A stretch of 63,625 bases of DNA, counting the filler, from Nitrospiraceae bacterium (lineage in GTDB: Bacteria > Nitrospirota > Nitrospiria > Nitrospirales > Nitrospiraceae), in the NCBI GenBank assembly GCA_037442105.1. It is 4 parts of 4 records of this genome, joined end to end, with 100 filler letters (N's around TTAATTAATTAA, not from the genome) between each part and the next. Parts side by side here need not be neighbours in the genome. Positions count along the whole stretch, not along the records: positions 35,325 to 51,582 come from JBBIQV010000049.1; 3 more parts are not named here. One strand, written 5' to 3'. This document shows, piece by piece, positions 38,490 to 47,712 of the stretch (positions are counted from its first letter, which is position 1; each line of letters begins with the position of its first letter). The position numbers and the translations under genes are program-made. Below the pieces are notes generated by a model. The model ran no database searches. It had not been told where the DNA came from and saw nothing but the letters and a program-made list of their open reading frames with translations.

Positions 38490-39250
38490 CTGGTCGACTC
38501 CACCACGCGGTGCGCGAGGAACAGCATCAACACCGTCCCGCTGAAGTAATAGACGAGGTCTTTCGTGTCGATGAGTCCCCGTACCAGGTGGTCGTAGTGC
38601 TCAATGAACGACAAGTAGGAGAAGAAATTCCCGGTCGCCGTATCGCCCAGGACGGAGCCGAGTGCCCCTAATAGCCAGAAGAGAATCAGCAGACCGAAGC
38701 TCAAGAATGCCGCTACGATCTGGTTTTCGGTCAGGGCGGAGGCGAAGACACCGGTGGCGAGGAAGAGGGCTCCCATGAGAGCGAGGCCGAGATAGCCGGT
38801 GAGCACCGGGTTCCAGTCGAAACTGCTGTAAGCGTCGAGGGTGAGGGGCACGAAACCGGTTAAGGCCAGAAGCGCCAGGAAAACCAGATAGACACTGAGA
38901 AACTTACCCGCGACGATTTCGTTGATGCCTACAGGCGAGGTCATCAGCAGTTCGAACGTCCGCAACTTGCGTTCCTCGGCGAAGAGCCGCATGGTCAAGA
39001 TCGGCAGGATGAGCAGGAGCACGATTGCGAGGCTGTAGAACGTGGGGCGGAACACCAAGTCGTTCAGATTGATCTGAGCGGTCGCGCCCTGTATCTGCAT
39101 GAATCGGATGGCCTGATTGCCGGCGTTGAGCACGGCAAGGTACGACAGCACACCAAAGATGAGCAGGAAAACCGCGCCGACGACGTACACAACCGGCGAT
39201 ACGAAATAGGAGCGCAATTCTTTGGCAATGATGGCATGTACTGGGGCCAT
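38480..39250 (-). CDS. ABC-2 permease (GldF-like)
   Basis: KELRSYFVSP, TMRLFAEE, ASALTENQIVA. Confidence 0.88.
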   Translation of the reverse strand: MAPVHAIIAKELRSYFVSPVVYVVGAVFLLIFGVLSYLAVLNAGNQAIRFMQIQGATAQINLNDLVFRPTFYSLAIVLLLILPILTMRLFAEERKLRTFELLMTSPVGINEIVAGKFLSVYLVFLALLALTGFVPLTLDAYSSFDWNPVLTGYLGLALMGALFLATGVFASALTENQIVAAFLSFGLLILFWLLGALGSVLGDTATGNFFSYLSFIEHYDHLVRGLIDTKDLVYYFSGTVLMLFLAHRVVESTRWK

Positions 39251-39264
39251 GCGTCGTCTTCCCG

Positions 39265-40272
39265 CTACGTGACGGCCCCTGTTGAAGAGGAGGGCGAGGT
39301 GTCGGCGAAGGCTGATGGTTCCACCGCCGCACCGTTTTGTTCCAAGCCTTCCTCATGTTGTGTCAGTTTGAGGAACACATCTTCCAGCGTCATCGCGATA
39401 GTCTTCAACTCCAGAAGACCCCATCCCTGTGCCACGACGAATCGGGCGATCTCCTCCCGCATGTCTTGACCGAGTTGGCATTCGACCAGGAAGGCTCCCG
39501 CCTCGCCGGAGGGAAAGACGTTCAGGATGCCCGGCAGTCGAGAGAATTGATCCGTACAGTCTGGCGGCGGCGTACGGAGGGTAACGCTGATTTTCTCGGA
39601 ATGCCGCAGTCGCGCAGAGAGTTGTTCCGGCGTGTCTTCCGCCACGATCCGGCCCCCGCTGATGATGACGACGCGCTGACAGACGGCCGTGGCCTCGGGG
39701 AGAATATGGGTGCTGAGAATCACTGAGTGTGACCCGGCCAGACTCTTGATCAATTCGCGAATTTCGATGATCTGCTTGGGATCAAGACCCACTGTGGGCT
39801 CGTCGAGGATGAGGATCGGAGGATCATGCAGCAGTGCTTGGGCCAATCCGACGCGCTGCCGATAGCCGCGAGAAAGGTTCCCGATGAGCCGCTGGCGGAC
39901 GTGGCCGAGAGACAATCGTTCGATCACGCGGTCCATTCCCTCGACCAGACTTTTCCCGTTCATGCCTCGGAGCCGGCCGGCGAAGGTCAAGTACTCGGTC
40001 ACGGTCAGTTCTTGGTGCACCGGCGGGGTCTCCGGCAAGTATCCGATTCGACGTTTGACTTCTGTCGGCTGATCAGTGCAGTCGTAGCCGGCAACCCGCG
40101 CCGTGCCTTCGGTGGCTGGCATAAAGCATGTGAGGATCCGCATGGTCGTCGTTTTGCCGGCCCCGTTGGGACCCAGAAAGGCGAGGACCTCTCCCTTGTC
40201 CACCCGGAACGATACCCGGTCGATGGCCGTAAGGTGCCCATACCGTTTGGTAATGTTCTGAACGTCGATCAT
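39265..40272 (-). CDS. ABC transporter ATP-binding protein (GldA-like)
   Basis: GPNGAGKTT, LSRGYRQR, LDEPTVGLDP. Confidence 0.9.
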   Translation of the reverse strand: MIDVQNITKRYGHLTAIDRVSFRVDKGEVLAFLGPNGAGKTTTMRILTCFMPATEGTARVAGYDCTDQPTEVKRRIGYLPETPPVHQELTVTEYLTFAGRLRGMNGKSLVEGMDRVIERLSLGHVRQRLIGNLSRGYRQRVGLAQALLHDPPILILDEPTVGLDPKQIIEIRELIKSLAGSHSVILSTHILPEATAVCQRVVIISGGRIVAEDTPEQLSARLRHSEKISVTLRTPPPDCTDQFSRLPGILNVFPSGEAGAFLVECQLGQDMREEIARFVVAQGWGLLELKTIAMTLEDVFLKLTQHEEGLEQNGAAVEPSAFADTSPSSSTGAVT

Positions 40273-40667
40273 GAATGTGTAATCAGTACGGATCAGGCTG
40301 GGGGCTGCCGGTGGTTGGACCTGCAACCTCTCGAGCGGCAAATCTCGCGCGCATCATACTCAGAGGGGCAAGAGCAGTCAAGAGAAGCGAGGACGATCCT
40401 GTCCGAAGCTTGACGGATCTGTCGGCACTCTTATATAAAGCTCTGCCATCCCGTCTAGTTTACCGGTTATTCAGTTTCCCTCGTGCCTTGTTTGTTACCC
40501 CTCTTTCTCGTGCCAAGGTAGGGGAGAGGCCTACACCTTCGGTATTGTCGTCTGGAACTTGACGTTGTACCGTGGGGACCAAGGCTAACACAGCACAAGC
40601 GGCTACTTTCGAAGATGCGGATGTAGGGGGAGGATGGGATGGATAGGAAAAAGATGGTGTTTCCAAG

Positions 40668-41315
40668 ATGAGCATGACGCGAACCCTCGTATTATTAACG
40701 GCTTCTATGCTCTTGGGCGCATGCACGTGCTTGCCCAAGGGTGAGGTAGGTCTCGATGTCGGCATTGAAGATAGAGGCATAGCTTCCTGGTACGGCGAGG
40801 CGTTTCACGGGAAGACAGCGGCTAACGGCGAAATATTCGATATGGAGGCGATGACTGCCGCTCACCGCACCATTCCCTTGGGAAGCATGGTCCGAGTAGT
40901 CAATCTGATCAACGGGAAGCATGTACGAGTCAGGATCAACGACCGAGGCCCCTACGCTCATGGGCGTATCCTGGACCTTTCGTATGCGGCTGCCGCGGAA
41001 CTTGAGATGGTTGAAAGGGGCACTTCGGTCATTCAGCTCGAGGTGATCGGGGATCACCGTCCTCATTTCTTAGCCTCGGACGAACGGTCTGCAGGCGCGT
41101 CACTCGTCAGCGCCCTTCAGGCTATCCCGATTTCTCGTCTGGGAAGAATATACGAACCCAGGCCTGCTCTGGTTCAACAGGGAGCCTCGCAAGGCCGTGG
41201 GATGCGTTTTCTCCCTACCGATGTTCTTCATGAACGCCGTGTCAGACGCGTGACGACAATTCTTGCTCTGGACCATTCGGTGTACACCGCGGTCGCAGCT
41301 TTGGTCTTAATCTGA
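40668..41315 (+). CDS. rlpA: Septal ring lytic transglycosylase RlpA family lipoprotein
   Basis: LGAC lipobox, GIASWYG..TAAHRT.P.G..INDRGP..LDLS. Confidence 0.9.
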   Translation: MSMTRTLVLLTASMLLGACTCLPKGEVGLDVGIEDRGIASWYGEAFHGKTAANGEIFDMEAMTAAHRTIPLGSMVRVVNLINGKHVRVRINDRGPYAHGRILDLSYAAAAELEMVERGTSVIQLEVIGDHRPHFLASDERSAGASLVSALQAIPISRLGRIYEPRPALVQQGASQGRGMRFLPTDVLHERRVRRVTTILALDHSVYTAVAALVLI

Positions 41316-41438
41316 TCGGCGCTCTTTCCGCTTCTCCCGTTCCCTCCTTGTGTTGACACTGCACGAAGTTCTCTACTAGACTAAGTGCCCTATTCGACAG
41401 AATTGTGTGAGTAGATCACCACAGAGGAGTGGCGGAGG

Positions 41439-41648
41439 ATGGCAAAGCAGGCGGCTACAGGAATGGATGAGGCACGGCTCAAGAAGAAACTGGGTGAGAA
41501 GCTGTCGGGGCATGACAGCTCCAAAGGGGATCCCGGGATCCGCAAGCTGCGTAAACGCTTGAAGCGGATTCAGCGGAAGCGGCGTGCACATGCACTCAGA
41601 AAGAAGCGGGCGGCTGGTAAGAAGGCGGAGGCACCAGCTCAAGCGTAG
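41439..41648 (+). CDS. Small highly basic hypothetical protein
   Basis: GGAGG RBS; upstream TTGACA-18nt-TAGACT; K/R-rich helix. Confidence 0.7.
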   Translation: MAKQAATGMDEARLKKKLGEKLSGHDSSKGDPGIRKLRKRLKRIQRKRRAHALRKKRAAGKKAEAPAQA

Positions 41649-41709
41649 CTTGCAACAGTGCGACCAAGAACGACAATCTCGGCGTGGTAATTCGATTAGG
41701 ATTATGATC

Positions 41710-42534
41710 ATGGCGGAAGAACAAAACAAGAAACAGGATGAGCCGGTGAGCGCTGCGTCTCAAGCCACGGATGAACTGACGGATCGGGTGTCTGATGAGA
41801 TCGCTCAAGAGGCCGGGATCCAAGGGGGGGATGCGCCAGTTGCTGAGGCAACTGAAGACATTGTTCTTGAGGAAGAGCAGGTTAAGGACGAGATCGACAT
41901 TCAGATCGATCTTCTTAAAGACCCCGACTGGGTCGTTCGCCGCGAAGCGGTTATTACCCTGGGTGAGATGGGGGATGAGCGCTGTGTCGAACCCCTTGCA
42001 GGGGCTCTGCGCGATGGGGATTGGCAGGTCCGTGAGGCTGCAGTTGATGCGTTGAGCCAGGTGGGTTCGCCGGCTGTCGATGTTTTGCTGAAGCTCCTAC
42101 GCGACTGGGATGTCAGAAAGTCGGCGATCCTGGCGTTGGGGAAAATTCGGGACGAGCGTGTCCTGGAACCGCTCGTTCAGCAACTCCGAAGCGACGAATT
42201 CAAAGAAGACGCGACAACGGCGCTGGTTGAGGTAGGCGAACCTGCCGTTCCAAGGTTGATCCAGGCTCTCAGGGACAAGGATGAGGGCGTCAGAAAACAA
42301 GCCGTTCTGGCTCTGGGGCAGATCAAGGATTCGTCGGCGGTCGACCCGTTGATCGAAATGCTGGCGGATCAGGACTGGTTCACACGGCTCACGGCTGCGG
42401 CGGCACTGGAAGCAATTGGCGATAGTCGTGGTCGAGATTCCATCAAACCGTTGCTGAAAGATCCGGACCTCGTGGTGCGGATGCGCGTCGAGCGGATTCT
42501 CGCAAAGTGGAAAAAGCAGCCGTCCAACGCCTGA
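41710..42534 (+). CDS. HEAT/PBS-lyase repeat protein
   Basis: Repeated L.D.DW.VR..A..ALG units. Confidence 0.88.
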   Translation: MAEEQNKKQDEPVSAASQATDELTDRVSDEIAQEAGIQGGDAPVAEATEDIVLEEEQVKDEIDIQIDLLKDPDWVVRREAVITLGEMGDERCVEPLAGALRDGDWQVREAAVDALSQVGSPAVDVLLKLLRDWDVRKSAILALGKIRDERVLEPLVQQLRSDEFKEDATTALVEVGEPAVPRLIQALRDKDEGVRKQAVLALGQIKDSSAVDPLIEMLADQDWFTRLTAAAALEAIGDSRGRDSIKPLLKDPDLVVRMRVERILAKWKKQPSNA

Positions 42535-42552
42535 GCAAGGCACCCTACTTTC

Positions 42553-42987
42553 TTACTTGTTCAGAAGCTTGTCGATTTCCTTTTGAATTTCATCCAGTTG
42601 GTTCAAGGGCACTTTCTTTCCCATCGATACTTCCAGGCGTAGTTCGCGAATCCTCCCCGTTAACTCTTTGACCGTAGCCGTTGGATCCGGTTGCCGATTG
42701 CCGGTAGTTGCGTTTTCAAGGGAGTCTACCGCCTCGGCCAGTTCCTTCGCCGCGTCGCCGAAGTTTTTGTCGAACATGTCGGCTTTGGCCTGAATCACCC
42801 GCGCTTTGGCATCAACCAGTCCCTGCCGCCGTCTCAGGTCCCGCTCGATCCCCAGCGCCGTGTCCATGACGTTCCGCGATAGTTCTTTCACCATCTGTTG
42901 GGAAGTTCCTGCAGGTCGTTGCCCAAGAAAGTAGCCCAGGGCAAACGCGCTCGCCGTCAAAATCAAGATTCCGAGAAACTTCAGCAT
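42553..42987 (-). CDS. Hypothetical membrane-anchored helical protein
   Basis: N-terminal TM; GAGG RBS. Confidence 0.7.
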   Translation of the reverse strand: MLKFLGILILTASAFALGYFLGQRPAGTSQQMVKELSRNVMDTALGIERDLRRRQGLVDAKARVIQAKADMFDKNFGDAAKELAEAVDSLENATTGNRQPDPTATVKELTGRIRELRLEVSMGKKVPLNQLDEIQKEIDKLLNK

Positions 42988-42998
42988 ATACGGTTCCT

Positions 42999-44372
42999 CT
43001 ACGGTTGACGTTGAAGGTTGCGTGACGGGGCCTTACCGTGCGCAAGTACCTGGATTATGCTGGCTGCAGCGGCGATCCTGACAGCCGCGTCCGTGTCCTG
43101 CAACCCTTTTTTCAGGCTGGAGACCGCCTTCGGAAGCGGGACCTTCCCGAGCGCTCGCGCCGCCATCAAGCGAGGAAGCGGTTGTTGATCGCGGAGCAAG
43201 GTGTCCAGGATCGCAAGTGCCTTCGGATCGGAGGTTACGGCCAATGCCTGTGCCGAGGCTCCTCGGACGGACGGATCAGAGCTGCGTGAAAGATCGGCGG
43301 CAAGCATTATGGCCGAAGAATCGCCGAACCGAAGTAATGCCTCGACGGCATTGACACGCACATGCTCGACCGGATCACGCGTCAGCGGGATGATCAGCGG
43401 ACGGGTGTCAGGGAGCGCCAATTTTCCGAAGCTCGCCACGGCCACTCCGCGCACGCGCGCGCTGTCGTCGCCCAGCGCATGGGTGAGCGGCGCAACTGCC
43501 CCGGCTTGTCCGAGTTCACCGAGCGCTCCCGCAGCGAAAGCGCGAACGGCGGGTTCAGGGTCATACACTGCCTGACTCAGAACCGCGAGGCTCGACGGGC
43601 GCTTCAGACGGCCGAGGACACCAAGGGCAGCCATTCTCACGTCCGGATCCGGCAACGTCGCCGCATTCATGAGATCGACCAATAGATCGCTCTTGCCAAA
43701 CTTGACGAGCGCAGCAGTGGCGAAAATCGATTCCGGGCCGACATCGACGCGGGCGATTTCAACTAACTGATCCCGGCTCTCTCTTACATTCGCCTCCGCC
43801 AGGGCATTGATCGCGGCGATCCGGACGGATGGTGCCTCGTCTTGCAAGGCGCGTTTGAGAGCGCCGGACCGCCCGGCCAACCCCGCTTTGCCGATGGCCT
43901 CCGCCGCGCGCGCTCGCACGAGGACGGAACTATCCAGAAGTCCGTCTTCCAATAAGGGGCCGGTATCCGGGACGCCGATCTCAGCAAGCGCGGTGTAAGC
44001 GGCAATACGGATGTGTTCCTGGGAGTCGCGGACTCGACTGGTGATCAGACTCAGAGCTAACTGGCGAAGCAAGGCAGGGTCGTCCGGCTGGCCGGCGGGG
44101 ACCAATTGTGGGTAGAGCTTCAAGGCGTCGTCTGGGCGACCCAGACGGAGGTAGCTCAGAAAGCCAAGGCGGAGCAGGTCTCGCTTCGGCGTCCGGTTCG
44201 GTGGGACCGCCTGCAGTAGCCGGATGATCTTGTCATATTCGCCGTTCTTGAATGCCGTGGCGGCGTCCTGATCCGTGCGGGGCGGAGATGCTGGGGTGGC
44301 GTTCAATTCACTCTGCGGCGTGGTTGCAAACAGCGTGAGCAGCAGGACCCACACGAGAGAAAGCTGGCGCAT
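42999..44372 (-). CDS. Exported HEAT-repeat protein
   Basis: Signal peptide, TPR-like start, many VR..AA.ALG repeats. Confidence 0.85.
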   Translation of the reverse strand: MRQLSLVWVLLLTLFATTPQSELNATPASPPRTDQDAATAFKNGEYDKIIRLLQAVPPNRTPKRDLLRLGFLSYLRLGRPDDALKLYPQLVPAGQPDDPALLRQLALSLITSRVRDSQEHIRIAAYTALAEIGVPDTGPLLEDGLLDSSVLVRARAAEAIGKAGLAGRSGALKRALQDEAPSVRIAAINALAEANVRESRDQLVEIARVDVGPESIFATAALVKFGKSDLLVDLMNAATLPDPDVRMAALGVLGRLKRPSSLAVLSQAVYDPEPAVRAFAAGALGELGQAGAVAPLTHALGDDSARVRGVAVASFGKLALPDTRPLIIPLTRDPVEHVRVNAVEALLRFGDSSAIMLAADLSRSSDPSVRGASAQALAVTSDPKALAILDTLLRDQQPLPRLMAARALGKVPLPKAVSSLKKGLQDTDAAVRIAAAASIIQVLAHGKAPSRNLQRQP

Positions 44373-44419
44373 GAGTCAGAGGTGTCTCCGCCGTGGAGCA
44401 GAGTGGTGGGCCATCGCGT

Positions 44420-46579
44420 TTACCATGAGGATGGGGCTGGGGTGGTTGCGGGGACGTACATGAGCGAGGCGTACTCCTTCACCATCCGTTTCGTACAGAA
44501 CTTGGGGGCGGTGGTGCGGATACTCTCTTTGACCATGTGGAGCCAGCCCCGCGGGACGCCATCCATGTCGCGCTGGTAGAAGAGCGGGGTGAGCTCTTGC
44601 TCCAGGAGGCGGTACAATTCTTCGGTGTCGCGCGCGTCTTCGGCTTGGGGATCCTTTAGATGCGATGAAGGTTGAATGCCCCATCCGTTCGCGCCGTTGT
44701 AGCCCTCCTGCCACCAGCCGTCGAGGACGCTGAGGTGCAGCACCCCGTTGAGCGTGGCTTTCTGTCCGCTCGTCCCGCTGGCCTCCATCGGAGCCCTCGG
44801 GGTGTTGAGCCAGACGTCCACGCCCTGGACCAGGAACTTGGCGGAATGCATGTCGTAATCTTCCAGGAATGCGATATGCCCGCCCAGTTGGTGGTCATTG
44901 CAGAAGCGGATGACTTCATGGATGAAGGCGCGTCCCGGTTCATCGGCAGGATGGGCTTTGCCGGCAAAAATGATCTGTACCGGCCGCCAGTGGTTATGGA
45001 GTAGACGTTTGAGGCGGTCGATGTCGCGAAACAGGAGTGTGGCGCGTTTGTAGGTTGCGAATCGGCGAGCGAAGCCGATGGTGAGGGCTTCGGGATCGAG
45101 GAGGGTGCCGCGCGCGATCACCTGCGAGGCTTGGAGTTGTCCCTTCATCCATCCATCGCGCGCCCGCTCGCGAATGAAACTTATCAGCTTGCGTTTCATG
45201 GCTTGCCGCACGGCCCATAATTCCCCATCGGGAATGTCCAGCACCCGTTGCCACAAGGCTAGATCGTCACAGCGATTGGCCCAATCGGGGCTCAGGGATT
45301 TGCTGTACAGTTGATTCAGCTCGGGGGCAATCCAGGTCGGCGCATGGATACCATTGGTCAAGCTCCGGATCGGCACAAGGTCTTCCTCTAGGCCGGGCCA
45401 GAGATATTGCCACATGTTGCGTGAGACACGCCCGTGTTCGCGGCTGACGCCGTTAATGTGTGCTGCCATTCTGATAGCGAGCGCCGTCATGTTGAACCCA
45501 TACCCTCTGGATTCCGGTGTCTCCCCCAATCGAAGGAATTCCTCCTTGGAGATTCCGAGCTGGTCCCAGTAGCCGTAAAAGTACCGGTTGATCAGATCGA
45601 AAGGAAACACGTCATGTCCGGCCGGCACCGGGGTGTGCGTGGTGAACACCGTACTCTGCCGTATGCGCTCGCAGGCTTCAGCGTGCGTGAGCCCCGATTG
45701 CACTAACTCGCGCGTCCGTTCGAGAGTCAGGAATGCGGAATGGCCCTCGTTGGCATGCCAGACGATCGGGGCGATCCCCAATGCGCGCAGCGCCTTGACC
45801 CCTCCGATGCCAAGGATGATCTCCTGGCAGAGGCGCGTTTCTTGATTGCCGCCATAGAGCCTGGCCGAAAGGGCGCGGTCCTCCGGGCTGTTTTCTGAAA
45901 CGTCCGTGTCCAGGAGGAACAGGGTCACACGGCCGACGCAGACCTGCCAGACCAGCACCGTGACAGGCCGACGGTCCAGTTCGACACGAATCTGACATGG
46001 CACGCCCGCCGCTGTCATGGCCTGGTGGATAGGGGACTCCGACCTATTGAAGGCCGTGTAGGTTGCGTCTTGCCAGCCCTCCGGCGTGATCCGCTGCTTG
46101 AAATACCCCTGCGGATACATGAAGCCCACCCCGATGAGCGGGATTCCCAAGTCGCTGGCCTCCTTGCAGTGATCACCCGCCAGGATGCCTAAGCCTCCGC
46201 TATAGATGGGGATGGAATTGTGCAGACCGAACTCGGCCGAGAAGTAGGCAATCTGAATCTTATTCAGTTGCGGATATTGCGTGGCGAACCACGTTTTGTC
46301 ATCGTTGTGATATTGATCGAAGGTCCGCAGGACCGCTGAGTATTGCCGGACGAAGGTTGCATCCTGCGCGAGCCTGCTAAGGCGGCCGGGTTTGACATCC
46401 ATGAGCAGCTTCACAGGATTGTGATGGGTGAGGTGCCACAGTGTTGGGTCGATTCGCTCGAAGAGGAGCCGCGCCTCGGGGTTCCAGCTCCACCACAAGT
46501 TGTTGGCGAGTTCTTGTAGGCGGCTGAGACCGCGTGGCACCTGAGTGTCTGATTCGTTCGTCGGTTGGCTGGTGTTCAC
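44420..46579 (-). CDS. glgP: Alpha-glucan (glycogen) phosphorylase
   Basis: YSGGLGILAGD, FARRFATYKR, EASGTSGQK PLP-lysine. Confidence 0.95.
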   Translation of the reverse strand: MNTSQPTNESDTQVPRGLSRLQELANNLWWSWNPEARLLFERIDPTLWHLTHHNPVKLLMDVKPGRLSRLAQDATFVRQYSAVLRTFDQYHNDDKTWFATQYPQLNKIQIAYFSAEFGLHNSIPIYSGGLGILAGDHCKEASDLGIPLIGVGFMYPQGYFKQRITPEGWQDATYTAFNRSESPIHQAMTAAGVPCQIRVELDRRPVTVLVWQVCVGRVTLFLLDTDVSENSPEDRALSARLYGGNQETRLCQEIILGIGGVKALRALGIAPIVWHANEGHSAFLTLERTRELVQSGLTHAEACERIRQSTVFTTHTPVPAGHDVFPFDLINRYFYGYWDQLGISKEEFLRLGETPESRGYGFNMTALAIRMAAHINGVSREHGRVSRNMWQYLWPGLEEDLVPIRSLTNGIHAPTWIAPELNQLYSKSLSPDWANRCDDLALWQRVLDIPDGELWAVRQAMKRKLISFIRERARDGWMKGQLQASQVIARGTLLDPEALTIGFARRFATYKRATLLFRDIDRLKRLLHNHWRPVQIIFAGKAHPADEPGRAFIHEVIRFCNDHQLGGHIAFLEDYDMHSAKFLVQGVDVWLNTPRAPMEASGTSGQKATLNGVLHLSVLDGWWQEGYNGANGWGIQPSSHLKDPQAEDARDTEELYRLLEQELTPLFYQRDMDGVPRGWLHMVKESIRTTAPKFCTKRMVKEYASLMYVPATTPAPSSW

Positions 46580-46667
46580 TGTACCTCCAAATGATGCGAG
46601 GAATGGGTTGGCCGGCGCTCAGAGGATCGCGGCATCGGCGCACCGCACCATCGCGATGTTTGACGTT

Positions 46668-47519
46668 TCAGGCGTGGCCTGTTTGATGCCATGTGGCCCA
46701 TTTGTTTGAGAATGCCACGGCAGCATAGCGTTCGCCAAGGATTTTCGTGACACGGTTCATGAGCCTTGTCAGGTCTTGGACTTCATTGGGCTTGAGGTCT
46801 TGCCTGAAGCGCGGGTGGAGGCCCCAGCGCGTTTCAACTTCTTCTCCCTTGGTGCTCGCCATCACGCTGATCAATTTGATCTCATCGGCGGCTTTCTGAA
46901 GGGGTGCTTCCGCCGCTTCCCCTGCCGGCCTGCCGGATGTAGGAGGGGCGAGCGTTTCGGCCGTCACCTGCGGAGGGACCTGCCCTTTGAGGATTGCCTG
47001 AATCGCTGGAACGACCGCATCGGCGCACAGGGTGGCCGCCGAGATAACCTGGGTATTGCCCGCCGCGCCGATCAATTCCGCGACCCTCTCGCCGAAAGCG
47101 CGAAACATATCGTGCTTTAGTTTGCTTTCTTCAGTGATCAGGAAGCGATAAGACTCATAAATTTGCCGGCTTTCCGCGACCGCTCCGTCGATTGTCAGCA
47201 CGATTTCCATCTGGTCTGCACCGGACCCGAACGCTGGCTCAAGGGCTCTTTTAAGCTGGGTCGTCACGGCGTCGGCCAGGCTGTCCATAAACAAAGGCTG
47301 TTCTTTAGCCGGGACGTGTAGCGCGGAGAGCCGATCCGTCAGGTTGAACATGATTTTAAGAAACTCGAGGTAAACGCCCCATTCGTCCTGCCGCTTGAGT
47401 TTTAAAGCCTGTTCGGGCGCGTTGCGTTTTACCATGCTTACGGATTCGCCGGCTACGGCCAGCATCAGTTCCGCAAGAGTTCGGAGCTGTGACTGATAGA
47501 GACTGTTGGCAATGCCCAT
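46668..47519 (-). CDS. Hypothetical protein
   Basis: 283-aa ORF with AAGGA RBS. Confidence 0.7.
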   Translation of the reverse strand: MGIANSLYQSQLRTLAELMLAVAGESVSMVKRNAPEQALKLKRQDEWGVYLEFLKIMFNLTDRLSALHVPAKEQPLFMDSLADAVTTQLKRALEPAFGSGADQMEIVLTIDGAVAESRQIYESYRFLITEESKLKHDMFRAFGERVAELIGAAGNTQVISAATLCADAVVPAIQAILKGQVPPQVTAETLAPPTSGRPAGEAAEAPLQKAADEIKLISVMASTKGEEVETRWGLHPRFRQDLKPNEVQDLTRLMNRVTKILGERYAAVAFSNKWATWHQTGHA

Positions 47520-47712
47520 CGGACGTCCTTTCAGAGTGTGTCATTATATACAAGTCCCCTGATGCCTCCAAGGGTGATGACATTGGAGAGCCATAAATCA
47601 CGTTCGCGTTTCAAGCGTCGGTCGAGTTGGGCCGGTGCTCGTTGCAAGCGCACAGTCGGTATGTTATACAGCGCCACCCGTTCGGAATTTTCCATTCACA
47701 CGTTTCCCCGAA

